The notes beneath the pieces were generated by a model. It was not told where the DNA came from, searched no databases, and worked only from the letters and a program-made list of their open reading frames with translations. 64,000 nt of DNA from Leptonemataceae bacterium. Its GTDB lineage: Bacteria; Spirochaetota; Leptospiria; Leptospirales; Leptonemataceae. Location of the stretch: assembly GCA_965227295.1 (NCBI GenBank), contig OZ245742.1, positions 2,240,001-2,304,000 of the forward strand, in the 5' to 3' direction. The position numbers were made by a program, and so were the translations under genes. This document shows, piece by piece, positions 20,489-29,700 of the stretch (positions within the stretch are counted from its first letter, which is position 1; each line of letters opens with the position of its first letter).

Positions 20489-21835
20489 TTACTGAAAACG
20501 CCCGGCGTCGAGGTACAAAAAGCGCCGGTAGTAACTTTTCCCCGTACCATCTTTAAGGCGCAATTCACCGGGCAGATAGCCCCGCCCGGATGTGCGCAGC
20601 ACGTTTTGTTCGACGACACCGCGATAGACGTCCCCCTGTTGTTCCAGGCGCACGGTGTTGCCGTTCAGTTTGAGGTGTACACTTTCCCCGCGGGCCTCCG
20701 GTAGATACAGGATCAACGACTGACCGGCCCGGACGTGAGAGCCGTCGGCGGGTTGCAGGGTCATCTTATGCGGCCCGCGCAGCTTCAGGTGCGCGGCGAA
20801 GCGGGCCGGGGTGTGACTGCGCACGACCATGTAGCGGTTCAGCGCCAGGGGATCGTCGCCGGGTTGCACGACACCGGTGTTGATGGTGAAGGCCGTGGTA
20901 AAACCGCTGCGCCGCACGGCCTCCATGACCCGCCGATCGTAGACGCCGAAGGGATAGGCGAAGGCCGTAATGCGCACGTCGAACTTGCGTTCTAATATGC
21001 TTTTAGATGATGTTAACCGGCGCTCCAGTTCGCTGTCACCGAGGCGGGGCAGGTAGTCGTGGTACACGCCGTGGGCGCCGAGTTCCACGAGACCGGAGCG
21101 CAACAGTTCGCGAACCTGGTCTTCGTTCATGTAATGCTCCGACGTGCCGCGCAGGACGACGGGATACAGAAACAATACCGCGCGAAAGCCGTAACGTTCG
21201 AGCAGGGGGCGGACGATCGTGTAGTTCGAGAGCAGGCCGTCGTCGAAGGTGAGCAGCACCGGTTTTTTCGGCAGGCCGCGGCGGTCGCCGGTGAGGGCCC
21301 GCTGAAACTCGGCCAGGCTGATGGATGCGTAGCCGTTGGTTTTAAGATAGGCGAGTTGCTGCTCGAAGGCCTTCGGGGGGACGTTGTATCCGGCGAAGGC
21401 TCCGGGCGGGGCGTCGAAATTTTGATGATAGCAGAGCACGGGAATCGCGAAGTCCGTGGGTTCGGCCGTTTCCGTTTTCGCTGTTTGTTGATTCGTGGCG
21501 GCCGGTTGTCCGTGCCAGCGCGGGTCCTCCCACACCGAAGCGCCGATGTCCCGGCTGGTTTCGGTTCGGTTGTCGGCCGGTGTCGGCTCCGCGCCCGTGT
21601 CCGTGCCGGCCTCGGGATGATACGTCGATAGTCCCAGGGCAAGACTGTCCGCTTCAAAGTTTTGTTCGCCACTCCGATCTTCCAGGGCGTCGATCTTCAG
21701 GGGCGGCGTCCGGCGTTCCGTCGTGCCGCCGTCCGTTACCGGACGCGAGGCGTTCGTCGAACATGTGATTCCCGCCACGGCGAGCAGGAGGAGCGCCGCC
21801 GGCGGGAGGAGCCGGGTTGCTGATTTTCCAGGCAT
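20489..21835 (-). CDS. Polysaccharide deacetylase family lipoprotein
   Basis: IPVLCYH, LLTFDDG, ELGAHG..H and FAYPFG motifs; lipobox-like AGITC. Confidence 0.88.
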   Translation of the reverse strand: MPGKSATRLLPPAALLLLAVAGITCSTNASRPVTDGGTTERRTPPLKIDALEDRSGEQNFEADSLALGLSTYHPEAGTDTGAEPTPADNRTETSRDIGASVWEDPRWHGQPAATNQQTAKTETAEPTDFAIPVLCYHQNFDAPPGAFAGYNVPPKAFEQQLAYLKTNGYASISLAEFQRALTGDRRGLPKKPVLLTFDDGLLSNYTIVRPLLERYGFRAVLFLYPVVLRGTSEHYMNEDQVRELLRSGLVELGAHGVYHDYLPRLGDSELERRLTSSKSILERKFDVRITAFAYPFGVYDRRVMEAVRRSGFTTAFTINTGVVQPGDDPLALNRYMVVRSHTPARFAAHLKLRGPHKMTLQPADGSHVRAGQSLILYLPEARGESVHLKLNGNTVRLEQQGDVYRGVVEQNVLRTSGRGYLPGELRLKDGTGKSYYRRFLYLDAGRFQ

Positions 21836-21932
21836 GTTCTTATGATTGTCGGAAGCCCGAGGCCCTGCGCTGAAGACGCGAATGCCTTGACCGCGGATTC
21901 CGGAGCGGCTGTGTTGACTTCGCATTGTAATT

Positions 21933-23555
21933 ATGAAGCAACCGCACGATTCTTCTTCGCCGGCGCCGGTTCAGCGGGAACGCTGGGGCTCGCGCATCGG
22001 CGTGATCTTCGCGGTGATGGGCAGCGCCATCGGCCTCGGAAACTTCATCCGTTTTCCCGGCCTCGCGGCGCAGTTCGGCGGCGGTCATTTTATGATCCCG
22101 TATGTCATCGCCTTTCTCCTGCTGGGCCTGCCCATCGCCTGGGCGGAGTGGTCCATGGGCCGGCTGGGCGGTCGCCGCGGTCACTCGTCGTCGCCGGGCA
22201 TCTTCTACGTACTCTGGGAAAACCGAGCGTCCCCGTACTTCGGCGTGCTGGGTTTGATCATTCCCATCGGCATCTACATGTACTACGTCTACATCGAGGC
22301 GTGGTGTCTCTACTACGCCTACAAGTACTTAACGGGCGGCATCTCCCTCGGTCAGGATCCGGACGCTTACGTGCAGTTCTTCGCGAACTTTACGGGCATG
22401 GCCCAGGACGGCGCCATCTTCGCCCTGCAAGACGGTTCGCCGGCGCCGGCGCTGGTCTTTCTCGCGATTTGTTTTACGTTGAACTTCATCGTCATTTACC
22501 TGGGGCTCAGTCGCGGCATTGAACTCGTTTCGAAGATCGCCATTCCGGTTTTGTTCGTGTGCGCCATCGGCGTGTTGATTCGTGTTTTGACCCTGGGAAC
22601 GCCGGACCCGGCGCTGCCGGAACGCGACGTACTGAACGGCCTGGGCTACATGTGGAATCCCACCCTGGATTGGGCGACGTTGAGTCCGGTGAGTAACTCC
22701 GGCATGTGGCTCGCCGCGGCGGGGCAGATCTTCTTTTCGTTGTCGGTGGGCTTCGGCATCATCATCACTTACGCGAGCTACGTCGACCAGCGTGAGGACG
22801 TGATCCTGTCCGGCACCACTTCGGCGGCCGGCAACATCTTCGCGGAAGTGGCCCTGGGCGGCATGATCACCATTCCCGCCGCGTTCATCTTTCTCGGCCC
22901 CGGCTTCGGTACCGGCACGTTTTCGCTGGGCTTCTTTACGTTGCCGAACGTTTTCGCGAACATGCAGTTCGGCGCGGTGGCCGGCTTTCTGTGGTTCTTT
23001 TTACTCTTCGTGGCGGCTCTTACCTCGTCGCTGTCCATGCTGCAACCGGCCATCGCCTTTCTGGAAGAGGGCCTGGGGCTGCACCGCAAGGCCTCGGTCA
23101 CCTTCCTCGGGCTCTTAACCTTGTGCGGTACCATGTTTATCGCCTACTTCTCGCAGGACGTCAAAGCCCTGGACCTCATGGACTTCTGGATCGGCCAGTT
23201 CTTGATCTACATCCTGGCCACGGTGTTGATCATCCTTTTCGGTTGGGGCGTGGGGGTGGACCGCGGCCTGGCGGAGGCCCACAAGGGTTCGCTCATGACG
23301 GTGCCGCGCATCTTTCGTTTTATTATTAAGTACGTCTCGCCGGTGTACCTGATCCTCGTGTTCATCTTCTTTATGCTCGACAAAGAGAACGGGATTCGCA
23401 AGTACATCGGCGAGATGCAGACGAACGCGGCGGCTTTCTTTACCGTGGTATTCATCGTCGTAATGTCGATCTTTTTGACATTACTGGTAAGCGCGGCGGT
23501 GCGCCGCTGGCAGCGCATGAATGTTCAACGCGGTCTGGACGGAGGCGAAGAATGA
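21933..23555 (+). CDS. Sodium-dependent transporter, NSS/SNF family
   Basis: RERWGSRIG..GSAIGLGNFIRFP, AAAGQIFFSLSVG and AALTSSLS. Confidence 0.93.
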   Translation: MKQPHDSSSPAPVQRERWGSRIGVIFAVMGSAIGLGNFIRFPGLAAQFGGGHFMIPYVIAFLLLGLPIAWAEWSMGRLGGRRGHSSSPGIFYVLWENRASPYFGVLGLIIPIGIYMYYVYIEAWCLYYAYKYLTGGISLGQDPDAYVQFFANFTGMAQDGAIFALQDGSPAPALVFLAICFTLNFIVIYLGLSRGIELVSKIAIPVLFVCAIGVLIRVLTLGTPDPALPERDVLNGLGYMWNPTLDWATLSPVSNSGMWLAAAGQIFFSLSVGFGIIITYASYVDQREDVILSGTTSAAGNIFAEVALGGMITIPAAFIFLGPGFGTGTFSLGFFTLPNVFANMQFGAVAGFLWFFLLFVAALTSSLSMLQPAIAFLEEGLGLHRKASVTFLGLLTLCGTMFIAYFSQDVKALDLMDFWIGQFLIYILATVLIILFGWGVGVDRGLAEAHKGSLMTVPRIFRFIIKYVSPVYLILVFIFFMLDKENGIRKYIGEMQTNAAAFFTVVFIVVMSIFLTLLVSAAVRRWQRMNVQRGLDGGEE

Positions 23556-23704
23556 CGATCGGTGGTTGGGTGATCATGACGGTTTGCGTCGGTGGCGTGA
23601 GCGTCTTTTTCGTGTGGACGTTGGCCATGGTCCTTTCAAAACAGGAAGATCGCGGACTGCATTCCACCCGGGATGAGACCCCGGACGTCCACGACAGAGG
23701 CTGA
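23552..23704 (+). CDS. 50-aa single-TM protein, probable NSS transporter small subunit (MetS-like); absent from the ORF track
   Basis: MTIGGWVIMTVCVGGVSVFFVWTLAMVLSKQEDRGLHSTRDETPDVHDRG; ATGA overlap with the transporter stop, TGATG overlap with the next gene, GGAGG upstream. Confidence 0.75.
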   Translation: MTIGGWVIMTVCVGGVSVFFVWTLAMVLSKQEDRGLHSTRDETPDVHDRG

Positions 23705-24561
23705 TGAACGCAGGCATTCCCGACAACGAGTCCGGTGGGCCGGACGGCAACGGCGGCGATCGCGGCCGCAAGAACATTCACGTGGAGATGCGCAATGCCG
23801 CGGCGGGCGGTCGCATTGCCGTGCTCTCCCTCGATAACGCGGCGACGCGAAACTCCATGACCCTCGAAATGGGCATGGCCTTTCACGGCGAGATCCATCG
23901 TCTGGCCGCCGAAGATCCGCTGCTGCGTGCACTTATCATCACCGGTAAGAACGGTGTGTTCTCCAGCGGCGGCGACTTTGCGTTGCTCAAGAGTTTCTCG
24001 GAGAAGGACCCCGAGGAAAACCAGGCCTACATGGGTTCGTTCTACCGGCTCTTCCTGGACGTGCGCAGCCTGCCGTTCCCGGTGATCGCCGCGGTAAACG
24101 GCCACGCGGTGGGCGCGTCGTTGGCGCTGGCCCTGGCGTGCGACCTGCGTTACTTCGTACCGGACGGCAAGTACGCTTTTAACTTCGTGAAGATCGGCAT
24201 TCATCCCGGCATGGGTTCTTCGTTTCTCGTGAAAGAAGTCGCCGGTTTGCCCCAGGCCCAGGATTTATTGTTAACCGGGCGGTTTATCTCCGGCGAAGAC
24301 GCCCTGCGGCGCGGTCTCTGTCATGCGGTGTATCCGCGCGAAGAGATTCTCGACCGCGCGCTGGAGCTGGCCGAAGAGATCGCGGCGGCGGCGCCCCTCG
24401 CCGTGCGCCTTACGAAACAGGGCCTGTATCGCAATCATACTCTCGACGACGCCCTGGCCTACGAGGCCGAAAGCCAGGCGCGCAACTACGCCACCGCCGA
24501 CTTTCGCGAGGCGTTGCAGGCCATCGAAGAGAAGCGCAAGCCTTCTTTTCGCGATGAATAA
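23704..24561 (+). CDS. Enoyl-CoA hydratase/isomerase family protein
   Basis: FSSGGD, PVIAAVNGHAVG, LALACDLR, FVKIGIHPGMG and EKRKPSF. Confidence 0.92.
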   Translation: MNAGIPDNESGGPDGNGGDRGRKNIHVEMRNAAAGGRIAVLSLDNAATRNSMTLEMGMAFHGEIHRLAAEDPLLRALIITGKNGVFSSGGDFALLKSFSEKDPEENQAYMGSFYRLFLDVRSLPFPVIAAVNGHAVGASLALALACDLRYFVPDGKYAFNFVKIGIHPGMGSSFLVKEVAGLPQAQDLLLTGRFISGEDALRRGLCHAVYPREEILDRALELAEEIAAAAPLAVRLTKQGLYRNHTLDDALAYEAESQARNYATADFREALQAIEEKRKPSFRDE

Positions 24562-24594
24562 AAGAGAAGCGCAAGCCTTCATTTCGCGATGAAT
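24527..24594 (+). repeat. Tandem 33-bp duplication of the enoyl-CoA hydratase 3' end
   Basis: aagagaagcgcaagccttc[t/a]tttcgcgatgaat at 24527-24559 and 24562-24594, one mismatch. Confidence 0.9.
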
Positions 24595-24598
24595 GATT

Positions 24599-25609
24599 CT
24601 ACAGCCAGCCGAAGCCGGCGTAGAGATAGACCTTCGTTTCGATGATGTTAGCCGCACCGTTTCGAATTTCGAACACGCACTTGATGTGACTGATGCGCCG
24701 TACCAGCAGCGGGCGACGATCGTCCTCCGGTACGCGCAGGGAGATACCCGCGGGCACGCCGCCGGAAAACTCCGGACTCGCGCCCGGCCACTGGGCCCAA
24801 TCGCGGGCACGCCGGGTGTTGATGATGCCCGCGGACGCCAGGGCTTCGAGGCACGGCCACCATTCATTCTGTCGCCCTGCCTGAAGCTCCAGGCCGAAGC
24901 GCCGGTTGTCACCGACATCCGTATTCCAGGTCAGTGCGGCCCGGAACTCATCGGCGATTTTCATGAGCGCGGTGAGGATGGGACCGGGCCGGGCGTCGGC
25001 CGCGCGCATGAACGCGGGAAGTTCCGGCAGCGTTACGGAAAAGGTGATGCGGGGCGTCGCAATGTCGCGGGCGTAGCGGTAACCGATCCAGTGCAGCCGT
25101 CCCGCGGGTATGCTCCGGAGCGTGCTCCGGATGGCGGTTTCCGTACACACCGTCGCCGGCCGGCCGGCCAGCAGCGAGTCGATCTTTAAGATCATCTCAA
25201 GTGAACTTTGTGAAAAACGACGTGCGTTCACGAATACCAGCGGCGGGGGCGTCGCAATGCCGTAGACGGCGGCGTCGAACTCCAGCCACAGGTTCTCGAT
25301 GCCCGCGTACTCCGTATTTTCGTTCGCGCCAATCCAGCGTTCGAGCAAGGTCGATACGCCGCGCCAGAGTGGGTGCTGATCGAAGCTATGCTCTCGAATG
25401 TGCTCCAGCCAGCGCTCCGGTTCGCCGTGTTCTCTTAAGATACGCAGACTGAGATCTAAGGGGCCGCCGGAAGAGCGGCCCTCGAAGATAAGGCCGGAGA
25501 CGGGAGGAAAGACCCGGGCCGCGTCCGTAAGTTGTTGCAGATCGGCGTTGCTGACGAGGCCCGGGAGAAGATGTTCCGCGCATGCACGGACGAGTTCTGC
25601 CGCCGTCAT
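24599..25609 (-). CDS. Hypothetical enzyme, putative peptide prenyltransferase-like maturase
   Basis: HPLWRG..., ENLWLEFD and RRISHIK...ETKVYL motifs; lies directly after a Nif11-like peptide. The ORF is solid, the function is tentative. Confidence 0.45.
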   Translation of the reverse strand: MTAAELVRACAEHLLPGLVSNADLQQLTDAARVFPPVSGLIFEGRSSGGPLDLSLRILREHGEPERWLEHIREHSFDQHPLWRGVSTLLERWIGANENTEYAGIENLWLEFDAAVYGIATPPPLVFVNARRFSQSSLEMILKIDSLLAGRPATVCTETAIRSTLRSIPAGRLHWIGYRYARDIATPRITFSVTLPELPAFMRAADARPGPILTALMKIADEFRAALTWNTDVGDNRRFGLELQAGRQNEWWPCLEALASAGIINTRRARDWAQWPGASPEFSGGVPAGISLRVPEDDRRPLLVRRISHIKCVFEIRNGAANIIETKVYLYAGFGWL

Positions 25610-25621
25610 GCGCGGACGCTC

Positions 25622-25837
25622 TCAATCGTCTTTGTTCCAGCCCAGGTCCGGCAGGGCGCCGCGGCCCTTAAAGAAACCTTCCGGCACGGCCTTCTTGAGG
25701 CTGTCGACATCGATGTCGTGGCCCAGGGACTTCGCCACGTCCACGACCTGGTCCCAGGCGCCCTCGGCGACTTCGGTGAGTTTCTGTCGCGCCTCTTCGC
25801 TCTGCTTTAACTTCTCGAAAAATGATTCTACGCTCAT
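25622..25837 (-). CDS. Nif11-like leader-peptide family protein (71 aa)
   Basis: MS.ESFFEKLKQSEEARQKL...DQVVDVAKSLGHDI..DSL matches the Nif11 leader pattern; strong RBS (AGGAGG); tail GFFKGRGALPDLGWNKDD. Confidence 0.7.
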   Translation of the reverse strand: MSVESFFEKLKQSEEARQKLTEVAEGAWDQVVDVAKSLGHDIDVDSLKKAVPEGFFKGRGALPDLGWNKDD

Positions 25838-25849
25838 GTGTTGGTCCTC

Positions 25850-26071
25850 CTACCATTTCGACGGGTTGAATGTATCGGCGACTTTGTCGGCCGCCTTCTT
25901 TGCGCCGTCCGCCACGTCGCCCGCGGCTCCACCGGCCCAGTCACCGACGTCGTTCGCGGCCCCGCTGGTCCAGTCACCGACATCGCCGGCGGCGCCGGTG
26001 GTCCAGTTGCCCACGTCATTCGCCGCGCCGGTGGTCCAGCCGGCCACGTCGTTCCCCGCTCCGATGCTCCA
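25850..26071 (-). repeat. Coding 33-bp tandem repeat (11-aa Trp repeats), copy 1
   Basis: WSIGAGNDVAG WTTGAANDVGN WTTGAAGDVGD WTSGAANDVGD WAGGAAGDVAD. Confidence 0.9.
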
Positions 26072-26530
26072 GGTAATGGGTGCGGTCCAGGCGGGTGGCG
26101 TGGGTTGGGCCGGCGGTTTGATTTTGCCTTCGGGGTCCACGACGGAGCGCAACTCCGCGCCGCTGAATTGAAACGGGGCGTTGTTTTCTTTGAGCAGGCG
26201 GGCGATGTCGTCCCACTGGGCCTGGCTCATCATCTTTTCCATGTTCGTTTTCAATTCGGCCGGGCACTTCGGATTCTCTTTCAGAAAGATGAGAAAGCGC
26301 CACACCTGTCGCACGCCGTCGCTCATGGCGAAGACGGCTTCGAGGGCGGAGGCTTTCACGTCTTTGAACGGACTCTGGCTGAGGAAACTCACCAGACCGT
26401 TCCAGTCTTTTTTGGCGGCCAGTTCCCGGCAGCGATCGGCGACGGCCTTGTTCGGTTTGTCCTCCGCGATGACGCTGACAAACTGCAGGGCGAACTTCTG
26501 ATCGGCCGGCATATCCGGTATTATGCTCAT
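25850..26530 (-). CDS. Protein with two Nif11-like helical modules and an 11-aa Trp-repeat tail
   Basis: RBS AGGAG; two F...W[DN]...L..V modules; Pro-rich linker; five WxxGAxxDV repeats; ends FNPSKW. Confidence 0.7.
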   Translation of the reverse strand: MSIIPDMPADQKFALQFVSVIAEDKPNKAVADRCRELAAKKDWNGLVSFLSQSPFKDVKASALEAVFAMSDGVRQVWRFLIFLKENPKCPAELKTNMEKMMSQAQWDDIARLLKENNAPFQFSGAELRSVVDPEGKIKPPAQPTPPAWTAPITWSIGAGNDVAGWTTGAANDVGNWTTGAAGDVGDWTSGAANDVGDWAGGAAGDVADGAKKAADKVADTFNPSKW

Positions 26531-26554
26531 GTTATTTCTCCTAATATTTAGTGC

Positions 26555-26761
26555 TTACCACTTAGTGGGATTGTACGTGTCCGGATTGCTGACGGCGTCG
26601 GCGACGTCTTCGGCGGCGCCGCTGGTCCAGTCGGCCACGTCGTTCGCGGCGCCGGTGGTCCAGCCGGCGACATCGTCGGCGGCGCCGGTGGTCCAGTCGG
26701 CCGTGTCGCCGGCGGCGCCGGTGGTCCAATCGGCGACGTCGTTGCCGGCCCCTTCCATCCA
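26555..26761 (-). repeat. Coding 33-bp tandem repeat (11-aa Trp repeats), copy 2
   Basis: WMEGAGNDVAD WTTGAAGDTAD WTTGAADDVAG WTTGAANDVAD WTSGAAEDVAD. Confidence 0.9.
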
Positions 26762-29700
26762 GTCGACGGCCACGCCGGCCGAGCGAAACGTGCTGCGCAC
26801 CTGGTCCTTCGAGAAGCCGTAGACTTCTTCGACGGCCGCGCCGATTTTTTCCGGGACGTAGCCGGCCTGGTGCATCAGCTCTACGACCCGGGCGGCGTCT
26901 TGTTCCAGGTCGCGGAGGATGTGCGCGGCCTCTTTCTCCGCGAGGGCGTAGCCGTTTTTCAGGACCCGCGCCGTGTTTTCGATGCCGGTAAGTACGCCGG
27001 CTTTGACCAGGTCGGCCCAGGCCTCCGCCGCATCCAGGAGCGGGCGGAAGAGGTCGGCGGCGTTGTCCTCGATGAGACGCAGGAGTTCCGCGCCGAGATC
27101 CTCCAGCTTTTCCGGCGGGACGCTTGCGCGCAGCGTCGGAACTTTGAAGTGCATGGATTGAAAATCGAAGCTTGCGTTAATGTTCGCTGAAAAACGATTA
27201 GCGGATATGTGTAACCGCACCTCGCCGTTCAGCAGGGCCTTGAGGCGCAGCGTACCGAAGTTCACGCCGAGGATTTTGATGGGCCCCACGTTCAGATCCA
27301 GGCCCATACGCAGGCTGCCGCTCGCGTTGAAGCCCGAGGAAAGCAGCGTGCAGGCCAGGTCGAGTTCGGCGATGAGCGTGAGGCGGGTAATCAAACGAAA
27401 CGTGAGGCCGGAGGTACCCAGACTCACGTCCACTTTCTGCAAACGCACTTCAAAGAGTGCGATATCCCAGGCGGCCCGGAAAAACGGGCTGCCCGTGGTG
27501 TTTACGAGAAAGACCGGGCCGCCGGGAGAAACCACGTAGACCTCGCGGCTTTCCACTTCGCTTTCGTTTCGGCTGATGTCCCGGTTGTCCACGCGGACCC
27601 ACTTGCCGTTGCGTTTCTCTTCGCGGCGCTGAACGCCCCGGCCGTCCCCGCTGACTTCCAGAACACCACGCAGCCGGATCGCTTCCATCTCCGCGTGACC
27701 GTGGATGCCGCTCGTGGGATCGACGCGAAAGTCGCCGTGGGCGCCGAAGCCGAACAGGTCCAGGGTCGAACTGAAACCCAGACCGGGTTGCGCGGCGGTT
27801 CCGTCGGGCAGTACGACGGGGCTGTCGGCCCAGTAGAAAGAAACTTTGCCTGTATCTATTAACTGTAACTCACGAGATATTTGCGTCGCATCGACATCGG
27901 TGAAGAGCGCCAGGATTTCCGGGAGCGTGATCTGCCGCATGTAGAACGACAGCAGCATAGGGCGCGGTACGCTCTGGACGATCTGCAACACCAGCGCGAA
28001 ACGATCATCCTCTTCGCGACGATCGCCGATGGAGTAGCGGCCCTGGAGGCCGAGGTCCAGGGCGGGCGGTGCGAAGCGAACGCCCATGAGCATGCCGATC
28101 TCGCGCAGGTGCAGGCCGCGGATTCCGGGCGGAGGCGGTAGAGTTCCGTCGTTGCCCTTGAGCACGGCCGTGACCGCCGCGCCGGTTGTGGAAAGGATCA
28201 ACCGGAGCATGGCGTCGAAGTCTTTGCCGTTGACGGTGAAGTTCATTTCGGTTCCGAGTTCGAAGAGCGGTTGCGGCAGTACGGTAATTTTCAGCGAAGG
28301 ATTTTCGAGTTGCAGCCAGGGATCGCGGACCGAGGGAATCGCCAGGGTGCCGTTCAGTCGCGTGAAGGCGTACAGGGAATTGCGCGCGAAGGAGAGCTGG
28401 ACCGTTAACCGCGCCGCGGGCAACATTGCCGCCAGGTTCTTCGCGCGCGCATCACCTTCGGCGAGATCGACGACCGCGGCCAGTGAGAGACCGGGGCTCA
28501 GTTCCAGGTTCGCGCCGCCGCCCACGGGTTGCACCGGACGGGTGCCGCCGGTACTGCTCGCGGTTTCATCCACGGTGAGCGGCGGGAGTTGCGGCACGCG
28601 ATAGTTGCTAAAGTTTCCCCCGCTGATCATTAAGGCCGCACGCTGAAAGTTCAGAAAGTTCGCCGCGCGAAAGTGGCGACCCACGACGGGGAGATCGGAC
28701 AGACGGCTGTTCGGCGGAAAGTCCAGGCCGAAGACGAAGGCCGTACGACCCGCATCGTCGGTGCCGACCGTGAGAAAGGCGTCGCCGTAGCTCCGCGATG
28801 CCGCCGAGAATGTGAAGCGTCGGTGCGCGGGTTCGTATTCGAAGCCGGCTCGAATGAGTTGCACGTCCAGTTCTTCGGGAACGTCCAGGCCGTCGCGGAT
28901 GCCGAGGGCCCGGAGGACGTCCAGGGGAGAGAGGCTTTCGTCGCCGACGGTGCGCCACTCGCCGCGATACAACTTCGCCTGCGGGCCGAATTCATAGCGC
29001 ACCAGGAACAGGGCGTCGCCGATGTTCAGATCCGATTCGAAGTGCCCGCTGAGTTGTTTGCGTCGACTCTGCGGATCGCGACGGCTGTCGAGATAGATGC
29101 GGGTCTTCGATTCGGCATCGCCTCCGAACGGAAGTTTCGCGGCGTTGACGGTGGCGCGCAGGGATAACTCGCGGCTCTTCGTGTTGAAGTTGATCTCCAC
29201 GGATTCGGCGCTGATGTCGGGCAGGGCGTCGGGGAGATCTACGCCGAAGAGTTCGGCAAACTCTCGCACAATGGAAGTTAGTCGGATGTCGCCCTGTAGC
29301 GTGGCGGCCTCGAGGTCCCAGCCCTGGTCGCGGCCGGCGGATTGTCCGGAAATGAAAAACGCCGTGCCGCCGGACTCGAACCGTCCGTAGATGCGGCCGC
29401 GAGAGCCCAGGCCGTTCTGCGCGCGGAGCTCCAGATTGGTGAGGGTGAGGGAGCCCACCCCGCAATCGATGGTCCAGTCCGTCTGAAATCGACAGGCGAG
29501 GGAGAATGTGCGACGACGCAGATCCGCGTTTAATATAAACTGAGTACAGGTTAGATCGGGGAGATCGATGTCCGTATCGAGAATCTCTTCGAGGATGCCG
29601 GCGACGTCGATGACGTCCTCCGGGCCCAACACAACGCTCAGGTTCAGATCCGGCAGGCTGACGAAAACGTCGAAGTCCGTGCCGGCCACGCTGGTACGTC

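Noticed and set aside
25850..26761. 33-bp periodic repeats as a CRISPR array
   Set aside because: Units are contiguous with no unique spacers, vary at codon level inside ORFs, and no cas genes are present
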